Origin: Candidatus Fervidifonticultor sextus
GTDB taxonomy: Bacteria; Sysuimicrobiota; Sysuimicrobiia; Sysuimicrobiales; Humicultoraceae
Reading direction: 5' to 3'
Length of the DNA stretch: 64,000 nt
NCBI GenBank assembly: GCA_031459875.1
Contig: JAVKHQ010000001.1
Location: 214,035-278,034 of the forward strand
Made by a program: the position numbers and the translations under genes. Positions 50,808-59,092 of the stretch are shown in pieces (position 1 is the stretch's first letter; each line of letters starts with the position of its first letter). The notes beneath the pieces were generated by a model. The model made no database searches and was not told the origin of the DNA. It worked only from the letters and a program-made list of their open reading frames with translations.

Positions 50808-52094
50808 CTAGCCCCTGTGCAACCGGCGGATGCGGTCGAGCCGCCGGGGCACGCGGCCGCCCAGGCGCTCGGCCAGCAGGTCCACGACGTCATCGACGGT
50901 CACGATCCCCAACAGCCGGTCCTCGGCGTCCACCACTGGCACGGCCAGCAGGTCGTACTTCATCAGGAGCGCCGCGGCGGCTTCGTCGCTCTCGTCGGCG
51001 CGCACGGCGACGATGTCGCGGGAGGCGATGGCGGTCACCGGCGTCTTGGGATCGGCGATCAGCAGGCCGCGCAGCGAGAGCACGCCGACCAGGCGGCCGG
51101 ACGGATCCACGACGTACAGGTAGTAGATCGTCTCGGCGTCCGGGGCCAGTTCCCGGAGGCGGGCGATGGTCTGTTCCGCGGTGTAGGCGTCGGGGACGGC
51201 GATGTAGTTGGGGTTCATGCGGCCGCCGGCCGAGTCCGGCGGGTACTCCAGCAGCCGGGAGACCTCGGCCTTGGCCTCGGGCTCCATCCGGATCATGAGG
51301 TCGGTGGCGGTCTCCTCCGGGAGTTCGCCCAGCACGTCGGCCGCCACGTCGGCCTCCATCTCCTCGAGGATGTCGGAGGCCCGCTCGGCGGGTAGCGAGC
51401 GCAGGATGCTGGCCTGCACCTCGGGCTCGGCGGCTTCGAGCACCTCGGCGGCGTCCTCGTGGCTGAGCGCCGACATAACCTCCACGCGTTCCTCGCGATC
51501 CATCTCCTCGAGGAGTTCGGCCAGGTCGGCCGGATGGATGGCCTCCAGCCGCTCCCGCGAGATGCGCAACTTGAGCGGCGTCACCGGACCGCCCAGCGCG
51601 GCCACGTAGGTCCACGGCAGCGCCTGGTCCGCCAGCGGGCGCCCCAGACGGGCCAGCAGCCAGCGCACCGGCCTCTCGGCGCCCAGGCGACGCAGCAGTC
51701 CGCTGGCGCCGACGTCCACGCCGGTCAGCAGCAGGTCGCCGTTGGTCTGAGAAAGGAACAGGTCGTTGACCTTCACCACCCTCAGCCCGTGGGTGTCCAC
51801 GACCTGCTTATCCAGCAGCGACTCCCGGAGCGTGATCTCGTCGGGCTGGAGCGGACGGGGCCGCAGCCCTGTCCGGTCGGTGTTCAGGCGGATCTCGGGC
51901 TCGAGATCGGCGACCGCCCCCCAGGGGATGAGCGCCACGCGCGGGCGATCAACATCGAGGAGGAGCCCGACGATCCGCGGGCGGGCAGGATGGACCTCGG
52001 CGACCAGGTCGGCCAAGCGGCCCAACAGGAAGCCGCTGGCGTCCCGCACGCGCCTGCCCAGAAGCCGGCTGAAAGGCAGCGAGGTGACATCCAC
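50808..52094 (-). CDS. Soluble MgtE-like regulatory protein (MgtE N-domain plus tandem CBS) lacking the transmembrane pore domain
   Basis: The central acidic helical MgtE_N-like region reads LEAIHPADLAELLEEMDREERVEVMSALSHEDAAEVLEAAEPEVQASILRSLPAERASDILEEME. It is followed by a CBS pair (..IYYLYVVDPSGRLVGVLSLRGLL.. / ..LLAVPVVDAEDRLLGIVTVDDVVDLL). No TM segments are present. Confidence 0.6.
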   Translation of the reverse strand: MDVTSLPFSRLLGRRVRDASGFLLGRLADLVAEVHPARPRIVGLLLDVDRPRVALIPWGAVADLEPEIRLNTDRTGLRPRPLQPDEITLRESLLDKQVVDTHGLRVVKVNDLFLSQTNGDLLLTGVDVGASGLLRRLGAERPVRWLLARLGRPLADQALPWTYVAALGGPVTPLKLRISRERLEAIHPADLAELLEEMDREERVEVMSALSHEDAAEVLEAAEPEVQASILRSLPAERASDILEEMEADVAADVLGELPEETATDLMIRMEPEAKAEVSRLLEYPPDSAGGRMNPNYIAVPDAYTAEQTIARLRELAPDAETIYYLYVVDPSGRLVGVLSLRGLLIADPKTPVTAIASRDIVAVRADESDEAAAALLMKYDLLAVPVVDAEDRLLGIVTVDDVVDLLAERLGGRVPRRLDRIRRLHRG

Positions 52095-52213
52095 AGTCCC
52101 GCGTTCCCCCGCGCATGTGGAAGGAATCGCCTGACAGTCCCGGACTACTATAAGGTTCGCCCGAGACGGGCGTCAAGAAACGGCGGCGAACAGGCCGGGG
52201 AACCGGGACGGAC

Positions 52214-52642
52214 CTACCGGCGCCGCAGGGCCCCTCCGGCGAAGGGACGGGCCAGCAGTTCCGACAGCGCAAAGACCTGGGGCGGCCGACCGGGTCGGTC
52301 GATGAGCACGGTCCGGACCCCGAACTCGGCCATGACCTGCCGGCAGGCGCCGCACGGCATCGAGGCCCGGGCCCCGGTCGCCACCGCGACGGCGCGCAGC
52401 CGTCGGTGGCCCTCGGCCACGGCGCGGTGGATGGCGGCCCGCTCGGCGCAGATGGACAGGCCGAAGGAGGCGTTCTCAACGTTGCAGCCGGTGACGACGG
52501 CGCCCGACGCGGTCAGCACCGCGGCCCCGACCCGGAAGCGCGAGTACGGAGCGTAGGCCCGACCGCGCGCGGCCCGCGCGGCGCGGACGAGCGCCGCGGT
52601 TGCCGCCGGCGTCGGGGGGGCCGCAGAGCGCCGGGGGCTCAC
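52214..52642 (-). CDS. cdd: Cytidine deaminase
   Basis: RAYAPYSRFRVGAAVLTASGAVVTGCNVENASFGLSICAERAAI...PCGACRQVMAEF contains the CAE and PCGxCRQ zinc motifs. The start is GTG 52640-52642, overlapping the upstream stop as GTGA. The track N-terminus overlaps the DUF502 gene. Confidence 0.85.
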   Translation of the reverse strand: MSPRRSAAPPTPAATAALVRAARAARGRAYAPYSRFRVGAAVLTASGAVVTGCNVENASFGLSICAERAAIHRAVAEGHRRLRAVAVATGARASMPCGACRQVMAEFGVRTVLIDRPGRPPQVFALSELLARPFAGGALRRR

Positions 52643-53265
52643 TCGAACCGGTCCGGCCCCCCGATGGCGGCCCCGGTCGGCCGGTAGGGGGGCGACACGA
52701 TCCCGGCGGAGACGACGAGTTTGAGGGCGTCCTCGACAGTCATCTCCAGCGGGGTGACCTGGCTCTCCGGGACCAGGCAGAGGAACCCGGTGGTCGGGTT
52801 GGGGGTGGTCACGACGAAGACATTGATCACCCGCTCGGCGGTCTTGGCCTGGGCCTCCCCGCGCGTCTCCCCGGTGACGAACCCCACCGTGTAGAGCCCC
52901 GGCCGCGGCCACTCCAGCAGCACCGCCTGCTTGAAGGCCGCCCGGTTCTGCTGGAGGAGCGAGTCGGACAGTTGCTTGGTGGCCGAATAGATTGTGCGGG
53001 CAAACGGGACGCGCAGCATCACCCGGTCAAACGCCTGGACGATCCGCCGGCCCAGCACGTTGCTGGCAAAGGCCCCGGCCAGCAGGATGAGCGCAATGCC
53101 CGAGAGCAGGCCCAATCCCGGCACCTGGATACCGAAGACCCGAAACACCGGGCTGAGGAAGTTGTCCAGGAGCCGGAAGAGGAAGACGAGGACGTAGGCG
53201 GTGACGACGACCGGCAGGGTGACCAGGAGGCCCGTGAACAGCCAGGTGCGGAGCCGATGGCGCAT
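52639..53265 (-). CDS. DUF502 family membrane protein
   Basis: 208 aa: MRHRLRTWLFTGLLVTLPVVVTAYVLVFLFRLLDNFLSPVF.. is the conserved DUF502 N-terminus. Two TM helices. Confidence 0.6.
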   Translation of the reverse strand: MRHRLRTWLFTGLLVTLPVVVTAYVLVFLFRLLDNFLSPVFRVFGIQVPGLGLLSGIALILLAGAFASNVLGRRIVQAFDRVMLRVPFARTIYSATKQLSDSLLQQNRAAFKQAVLLEWPRPGLYTVGFVTGETRGEAQAKTAERVINVFVVTTPNPTTGFLCLVPESQVTPLEMTVEDALKLVVSAGIVSPPYRPTGAAIGGPDRFE

Positions 53266-54545
53266 CAGTCGTCGAGCGCAGGCGTCGGTACCGCCTTGGT
53301 GATCTTCACCTGCACGATCCGGTGCCCGTCCACCCGTTCCACCGAGAGTTCCACGCCGTCGTAGGTCACCCGCTCGCCCTGGGCCGGCACGTGGCCGAGC
53401 AGGCTGATGACGAACCCGCCCACCGAGTCCACCTCGCCCGCGGGCAGGGCGATCCCCAGCGCTGCGTTGACGTCTTCCAGGTGGACGGCGCCCTGAACGA
53501 CGGCCACGCGGTCGCTGAGGACCTTGATGGGCGCCTCTTCGGCATCGTACTCGTCCTGGATCGGCCCGACGATCTCCTCGAGGAGGTCCTCGATGGTCAC
53601 CAGTCCGGCGACCCCGCCGTACTCGTCCACCGCGATGGCCATGTGGACTTTCTTCCGGCGCATCTCGCGAAACAGCTCGTCGAGGCGCTTGGTCTCGGGC
53701 ACGAAGTAGGCCGGCCGCACGAAGTCCCGCGCCCGGCCGGACAGCCGGCCCCCGTCCGAACTCGACAGCAGGTCCTTCACGTGGACCAATCCGATGATGC
53801 GGTCGATGGTCTCCTCGTAGACCGGGATGCGCGAGTGGCCGTGGGTGCGGACGACCTCCAGGAGTTGCTCCACTGGGTCGTCGGCTTCGACGCCCACGAT
53901 GTCCACCCGGGGCACCATGACCTCCCGCACCACCGTGTCCCCAAACTCAAAGATCGAGTGGATCATCTCGCGCTCGTCCTGCTCCAGGACCCCCTGCTCC
54001 TCGCCCATGCGCACCAGGTACTGAATCTCGTCCTCGGTGACCAGCGGCGCATCGGGCCGCACGTGGCCGCCCAACGGCCGCAGGAGGACGTTGGTGACCA
54101 GCGAGAGCAGCCGGCTGACTGGCGACAGCACGACACCGACCCACTGGATCGGCCGCGCGGCCAGCAGGGCGAACCGATCGGCGCGGTGGGCGGCCACCGT
54201 CTTGGGGGTCACCTCGCCGAACAACAGCAGGACGATGGTGATGGCCACGAAAGCGTAGAGGGAACCTCGCTCCGGTCCCAGCAAGCGCACCAGCGTCGCC
54301 GTGGCGACGACGGCGGCGGCCGTGTTCACCATGTTGTTGCCGATGAGGATCGTGGACAGGAGCCGGGCTGGATTCTCCAACAGGGCCACGGCCACCCGGG
54401 CGCGTGGGTTCCCCTCGTCCTTCAGCTGCCGCAGGCGCAGCCGGTTCGCCCCGAACAGGGCCGTCTCGGACCCGGAGAAGAACGCCGAGAGCAGCAGCAG
54501 GACCCCCAGCACCGCCAGTTCGAGCGCATAACTTGACGCGTCCAA
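53265..54545 (-). CDS. CorC/HlyC (CNNM-type) Mg2+/Co2+ efflux family protein: DUF21 TM domain, CBS pair, and CorC_HlyC C-terminal domain
   Basis: 426 aa with N-terminal 4-TM DUF21 (..LLLSAFFSGSETALFGANRLRLRQL..), a CBS pair (REVMVPRVDIVGVEADD.., HMAIAVDEYGGVAGLVTIEDLLEEIVG), and a transporter-associated C-terminus. Confidence 0.8.
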   Translation of the reverse strand: MDASSYALELAVLGVLLLLSAFFSGSETALFGANRLRLRQLKDEGNPRARVAVALLENPARLLSTILIGNNMVNTAAAVVATATLVRLLGPERGSLYAFVAITIVLLLFGEVTPKTVAAHRADRFALLAARPIQWVGVVLSPVSRLLSLVTNVLLRPLGGHVRPDAPLVTEDEIQYLVRMGEEQGVLEQDEREMIHSIFEFGDTVVREVMVPRVDIVGVEADDPVEQLLEVVRTHGHSRIPVYEETIDRIIGLVHVKDLLSSSDGGRLSGRARDFVRPAYFVPETKRLDELFREMRRKKVHMAIAVDEYGGVAGLVTIEDLLEEIVGPIQDEYDAEEAPIKVLSDRVAVVQGAVHLEDVNAALGIALPAGEVDSVGGFVISLLGHVPAQGERVTYDGVELSVERVDGHRIVQVKITKAVPTPALDD

Positions 54546-54617
54546 GGAAAGTATGGCCTGCCTTTCGGGCCAAGGCGCCCTGCGGAATCGCTTGAATTAT
54601 ATCACAAGATGCCCGGC

Positions 54618-55085
54618 CTATCGGGCGCCGGGCAGGCGCCGCCACAGCGGGCGGGGCGCGGCGGCGATGGTGATGGCGGTGCCGTCGCGAAACTCGGCGA
54701 CCAAGTCGACCTCCCGGGGGCCGACCTGCACCCGGTGCCCCGCCAGGGCCGAGACGCGCACCGGCAGCGCGCCGATCCGGCGGGGGCCTCTTTGGACGAA
54801 CTGATTGCCCTCCCGCACGTACCCCTCGGTGGGAAGGCCGGCGCCCTGCGAGGCGAACCGCATCTCCACGAACCACAGGCCGTCGGGTTCGATGCGGAAG
54901 ACCTCCACGACCGGCGTCCGCTCCACCGAGTGCTGGTAGTGGAGGGCGATGGTGTCTCCGCGCCGCACATCGAGGCGCAGGACGCGGCGGTCCCCCTCGG
55001 GGGTCAGGCGCACCTCGAGGTCGGAGGGATCCCCAAACAACGTCGCTGCGGCGAGGACCGCCGCAGCGACGACGACCGCAGGCAC
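54618..55085 (-). CDS. DUF1850 domain protein (accessory protein associated with TAXI-TRAP transporters)
   Basis: ..LEVRLTPEGDRRVLRLDVRRGDTIALHYQHSVERTPVVEVFRIEPDGLWFVEMRF.. is the conserved DUF1850 core. The start is set at GTG about 55085 (VPAVVVAAAVLAAATLFG), because the track ORF overlaps the upstream SBP gene. Confidence 0.55.
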   Translation of the reverse strand: MPAVVVAAAVLAAATLFGDPSDLEVRLTPEGDRRVLRLDVRRGDTIALHYQHSVERTPVVEVFRIEPDGLWFVEMRFASQGAGLPTEGYVREGNQFVQRGPRRIGALPVRVSALAGHRVQVGPREVDLVAEFRDGTAITIAAAPRPLWRRLPGAR

Positions 55086-55102
55086 CCACGCCCGGCGCGT
55101 GG

Positions 55103-56074
55103 CTATTTCCGCACACCCCTCTCGCGGTAGTAGCGGTCGGCGCCCGGGTGGACCGGAATCGGCATGCCGTCCAGGGCCTTGGCCAGGTCCAGGTCCCGGC
55201 CGCGGGCGTGGGCGGCCCGCACGCGGTCCAGGTTCTCCCACAGCGCCTTCGTCAGGTTGTAGACGAGGTCCTCGGGCAGATCGGCGCGCGCCACGAGCAT
55301 GGCCATCACGGCCACCGTCGCCACCGGCTCCGTCTGCCCGCGGTAGGAGTTGGCGGGGATGACGTGGCGCGTGTAGAACGGCCACCGGGCCCGCAGCGCC
55401 ACCAGGGCCTCGTTGCTCACGGGGACGATCACCACGTCGCGGGACGCGGCGATGTCGGTCACCGCGGCCGTCGGCACGCCCGCGGTGAGGAAGACGGCGT
55501 CCACGATGCCGTCGCGGAGTTGATCGATGCCCGCCGCAAACGACAGGAAGTCGACCCGCAACTCGCGGTAGTAGATGTCGTGGACCTGGAGGATCTGGCG
55601 GGCGTTGGCCTCGGTCCCGCTTCCCGGCGCGCCGACGACGACCCGCTTGCCGCGCAGGTCTTCCACGCTCCTGATGCCCTTACCGCGCAGCGTCACGATC
55701 TGAATCGTCTCGGGGTAGAGCATGGCGATGCCGCTGATCCCGGCGATGGGCCGCGGGCGGTTGCTGCCGGGTTCGGCAAACACCTCTGTCCCGTGCTGGG
55801 CATAGTAGGCGATGTCGTTCTGCACCAGTGCCAGGTGGGCATCGCCCCTGGCCAGCGCCTGGATGTTGACCACCGAAGCCCCGCTGCTCTGCGAGGCCAC
55901 GCGCACGTTCGGGACGCGGGCGTTCCAGATCTCCGCCATCGCGCCGCCCAGCGGGAAGTAGACCCCGGCAGTCCCTCCGGTGACCAGGGACAACAACCGG
56001 ACCTGCGCGCCGGCGGGCGCCGCCACACCTGCCACCAGCAGGGCGGCGGCCGCGAGCACGAGCCATCGTGCCAT
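55103..56074 (-). CDS. TRAP transporter solute receptor, TAXI family
   Basis: Signal peptide MARWLVLAAAALLVAGVAAPAGAQ (internal ATG, SD GGGAGGG), then ..LLSLVTGGTAGVYFPLGGAMAEIWN.. and ..VVVGAPGSGTEANARQIL... Typical of TAXI (Imp/NMT1-like) substrate-binding proteins. Confidence 0.8.
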   Translation of the reverse strand: MARWLVLAAAALLVAGVAAPAGAQVRLLSLVTGGTAGVYFPLGGAMAEIWNARVPNVRVASQSSGASVVNIQALARGDAHLALVQNDIAYYAQHGTEVFAEPGSNRPRPIAGISGIAMLYPETIQIVTLRGKGIRSVEDLRGKRVVVGAPGSGTEANARQILQVHDIYYRELRVDFLSFAAGIDQLRDGIVDAVFLTAGVPTAAVTDIAASRDVVIVPVSNEALVALRARWPFYTRHVIPANSYRGQTEPVATVAVMAMLVARADLPEDLVYNLTKALWENLDRVRAAHARGRDLDLAKALDGMPIPVHPGADRYYRERGVRK

Positions 56075-56144
56075 CACACATATCCCTCCCTTCACGTCCA
56101 CCGACCTGCGCCGGATCCGGCCCGGCGCCGGGTGCATCTTCTGG

Positions 56145-58175
56145 TCAGTCCCTGGCGACTCCTGCCGGCAGGTGCCCGGCCGATGGCGCCCCGCGGCGCC
56201 GGAGCACCTGTATCGCCGAGACGACGACCAGCATGGCGAAGCCGGCAACGTCCGCCCGGAGGTCGTGGAAGATCAACGCCAGGGCGGTGGCGGCCAGCAG
56301 CCCGCGTTCAGGCCAGGTGGCCGGCCCCCAGAAGTAGCCGGAGACCCCAGCCGACAGAGCGACCACCCCCACCACGGCGGTGGCGGTGGTGATGACGATC
56401 TCCGAGAGGGTGGCGCCCTGCAGCAGGATCGTCGGCGAGTAGACGAAGACGAAGGGCACGATGATGCCGGCCAGGGCCAGGCGGGTCGCCGTGAGCCCGG
56501 TCTTGAAGGGGTCGGTCTTGGCGATCCCGGCCGCCGCGTAGGCGGCTAGCGCATCGGGCGGCGTGATGTCGGCGATGACGCCGAAATAGAAGATGAACAT
56601 GTGGGCCGCCAGCGGCGGTACGCCCATCTGGACCAGCGCGGGGGCGGCAATGGCGGCCAGGATGATGTAGGTCGCGGTCGTCGGGATACCGGAGCCGACG
56701 ATCGTGCAGGCGATCATGATCCAGATCATCGTGAGGAACAGGATGCCCCCGCCCAGGCTGATGGTGAGGCTCACGAACGCCAGCCCCAGGCCGGTCAGGG
56801 TGATGATCCCGATGAAGATCCCGACCACCGCCGTCGCGACCGCCACCGGAAGCGCCAGCCGGGCGCCGTAGACCAGGATGTCCCAGAGGTCCCGCGGCCA
56901 GGCGAGAGGGCGGCGCTCCAGGACGCAGGTGATCAGGTGGACGCCGGTCGAGACCATGATCCCCCAGAACGCTGCCCGCATGGGGCTGGCGCCGTGCAGC
57001 AGGAACCCCACCAGGACCACCAGGGGAACGACGAGGTAGAAGCGCCGGACGACGATGTCGCGAAGCCGCGGCAACTGGTCGCGCGGCAGGCCGGCCAGCC
57101 CCAGGCGCTTGGCCTCAAAGTGGATGATGAAGGCCAGCGACAGGTAGTATAACGCCGCCGGGATGGCGGCGGCCTTGACGATGGTCAGGTACGGGACCCC
57201 CAGGAACTCGGCCATGACGAAGGCCGCCGCCCCCATGACCGGCGGGACGATCTGGCCGCCGACCGATGTGGCGGCTTCGACCCCGGCGGCGAATCGGGGG
57301 TCGTAGCCCAGTTTCTTCATCAGCGGGATGTTGAACACGCCGTCGGCGACCACGTTGGCCACGGAGCTGCCCGAGACAGTGCCGATGAACGCGCTGGAGA
57401 GCACCGACACCTTGGCCGGCCCGCCGGTCATCCACCCCGCCACGGCCATGGCGATGTCCACGAAAAGCTGTCCCAATCCGGTGCGCTCCAGGAACGCGCC
57501 CAGCAGCACGAAGAGAAAGACGAACGTGGCCGAGACGCCGATGGGGATGCCGAAGATCCCCTCGGTGGTGAAGAAGATCTGCTCGATGACGCGTGGCGCG
57601 GAGATGGGCGCGATGGCCAGCGCACCGGGCAGGTACTGCCCCACGAACGGGTAGAGGAGCGCCAGGGCGGCGATCACCGGGACGATGGCCATCAGGCGCC
57701 GCCCGGCCTCCAGGACCACCAGGATGCCGACGACGCCGATGATGAGGTCGGTGCGCGTCAGGTTGCCGGCCCGGACCGCCAGGTCGGCGTGGTTGACCAG
57801 CACGTAGAGCATCGGGACCACGGCGGCGACCACCATCGCGATGTCGGCGATCCCGATGCGGGACGCCGCCGCGCCCCTGCGGCGGAACGGATACAGCAGG
57901 AAGACCAGGGCGAGGGCGAACGCCACATGCACGGCCCGCTGGCGCAGCGCCTCCAGGGTGCCAAAGCGCGCCGTGTAGAGGTGGAACAGCGCCATCGCCA
58001 CGGCAATGGTCGCCACCACCCCGGCCCAGAAGCCGGTCAGCCGGCGGTAATTGTACTCCGGCTCCGCTTCGCGCAGGAGCGACTCGATCTCGGTGGAGGA
58101 CGGGAGCCCTTCCTCGAAGGCTGGGGGCCGGGGCCCGGACGGCTCCTGGGCTCCGCCCGCCACGGGGGCGCTCAC
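56145..58175 (-). CDS. TRAP transporter permease, TAXI-type fused small+large (DctQM-like) subunits
   Basis: About 677 aa, more than 16 TM helices, with the conserved ..TEGIFGIPIGVSATFVFLFVLLGAFLERTGLG.. region. The start is set at GTG 58173-58175, overlapping the dgkA stop as GTGA. The 154-aa G/R/P-rich N-terminal extension in the track overlaps dgkA. Confidence 0.75.
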   Translation of the reverse strand: MSAPVAGGAQEPSGPRPPAFEEGLPSSTEIESLLREAEPEYNYRRLTGFWAGVVATIAVAMALFHLYTARFGTLEALRQRAVHVAFALALVFLLYPFRRRGAAASRIGIADIAMVVAAVVPMLYVLVNHADLAVRAGNLTRTDLIIGVVGILVVLEAGRRLMAIVPVIAALALLYPFVGQYLPGALAIAPISAPRVIEQIFFTTEGIFGIPIGVSATFVFLFVLLGAFLERTGLGQLFVDIAMAVAGWMTGGPAKVSVLSSAFIGTVSGSSVANVVADGVFNIPLMKKLGYDPRFAAGVEAATSVGGQIVPPVMGAAAFVMAEFLGVPYLTIVKAAAIPAALYYLSLAFIIHFEAKRLGLAGLPRDQLPRLRDIVVRRFYLVVPLVVLVGFLLHGASPMRAAFWGIMVSTGVHLITCVLERRPLAWPRDLWDILVYGARLALPVAVATAVVGIFIGIITLTGLGLAFVSLTISLGGGILFLTMIWIMIACTIVGSGIPTTATYIILAAIAAPALVQMGVPPLAAHMFIFYFGVIADITPPDALAAYAAAGIAKTDPFKTGLTATRLALAGIIVPFVFVYSPTILLQGATLSEIVITTATAVVGVVALSAGVSGYFWGPATWPERGLLAATALALIFHDLRADVAGFAMLVVVSAIQVLRRRGAPSAGHLPAGVARD

Positions 58176-58660
58176 GGCGACCCGGGGCCCGGTCGGTCTC
58201 CGGCCCGCCGCATCGTCACCACGGCCAGCGCCAGGATGGCGGCCAGGACGCCGGCCCGGCCGGCGGCGAGGGCGTCGAGGCGGCCAAACCCGAACGCGAC
58301 CATGACCGGGGGCGCCAGCACCAGGAGCCCCACGATCGCCGCGCCCGCCGCCATGACGAGCACCGCGGCGGCGCTCAGATCCTTGGCCCGGCCGGCCAGC
58401 GCATGATGATTGTCGCCGACCTCCAGGTCGACGACGGCCTCGACGGCCGTGTTGAAGAGTTCGGCAGCCAGCACGCCGGCTGTGGCCACCACCAGCAGCG
58501 CGGTTTCGCCCACCGGGAGGTCCAGCCAGACCACGGCCAGGATCACGGCGGCCGCCAGCAGGATGTGGATCCGCATGGTGCGCTGCGACCAGAAGGCCGC
58601 CTGGAGGCCCCGGCCTGCGTACTGGAAGCTCTGCCACAGCGTGTGGCGCATCGCCCTCAC
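58172..58660 (-). CDS. dgkA: Diacylglycerol kinase / undecaprenol kinase family membrane protein
   Basis: MRAMRHTLWQSFQYAGRGLQAAFWSQRTMRIHILLAAAVIL..VLAAELFNTAVEAVVDL is the DgkA signature. ATGA overlap with the ybeY stop. Confidence 0.8.
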   Translation of the reverse strand: MRAMRHTLWQSFQYAGRGLQAAFWSQRTMRIHILLAAAVILAVVWLDLPVGETALLVVATAGVLAAELFNTAVEAVVDLEVGDNHHALAGRAKDLSAAAVLVMAAGAAIVGLLVLAPPVMVAFGFGRLDALAAGRAGVLAAILALAVVTMRRAGDRPGPGSP

Positions 58661-59088
58661 CTTCTCGTCCGGAAGATCTGCGCGAGGATGCGACGTTCGG
58701 CCGCTCGCATCCGGGCGGCCTGCGCGGGCGTATGGTCGTCGTAGCCGCCCAGGTGCAGCACGCCGTGGACCAGCAGTAACGTCACCTCGCGCCGCACGGC
58801 CCAGCCGGCCTCGCGCGCCTGCACCCGCGCCCGCCCCACCGAGATCACCACCTCGCCCAGGATCCGGTCTGCCCCCCCGTCCCCGGGAAAGGTCATGACA
58901 TCGGTGGACCCGCGCGCACCCAGGAAGCGCCGGTGGAGCCGTGCCATGGTCGCGTCGTCGACGAGCGCGACCTCCAGTTCGGCATCCGCCGGCGCGCCGA
59001 TGGCGCGCAGGGCGGCCCGGCCCGCGGCCTCCAGCAGCCGCCGGGGGACGGGGGCCCGCAGCCCGCGGGTGGCGACGTGCACCCGCAC
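58657..59088 (-). CDS. ybeY: rRNA maturation RNase YbeY
   Basis: 143 aa with VLLVHGVLHLGGYDDHT, the H3xH5xH zinc motif. Confidence 0.85.
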   Translation of the reverse strand: MRVHVATRGLRAPVPRRLLEAAGRAALRAIGAPADAELEVALVDDATMARLHRRFLGARGSTDVMTFPGDGGADRILGEVVISVGRARVQAREAGWAVRREVTLLLVHGVLHLGGYDDHTPAQAARMRAAERRILAQIFRTRR

Positions 59089-59092
59089 GGCC

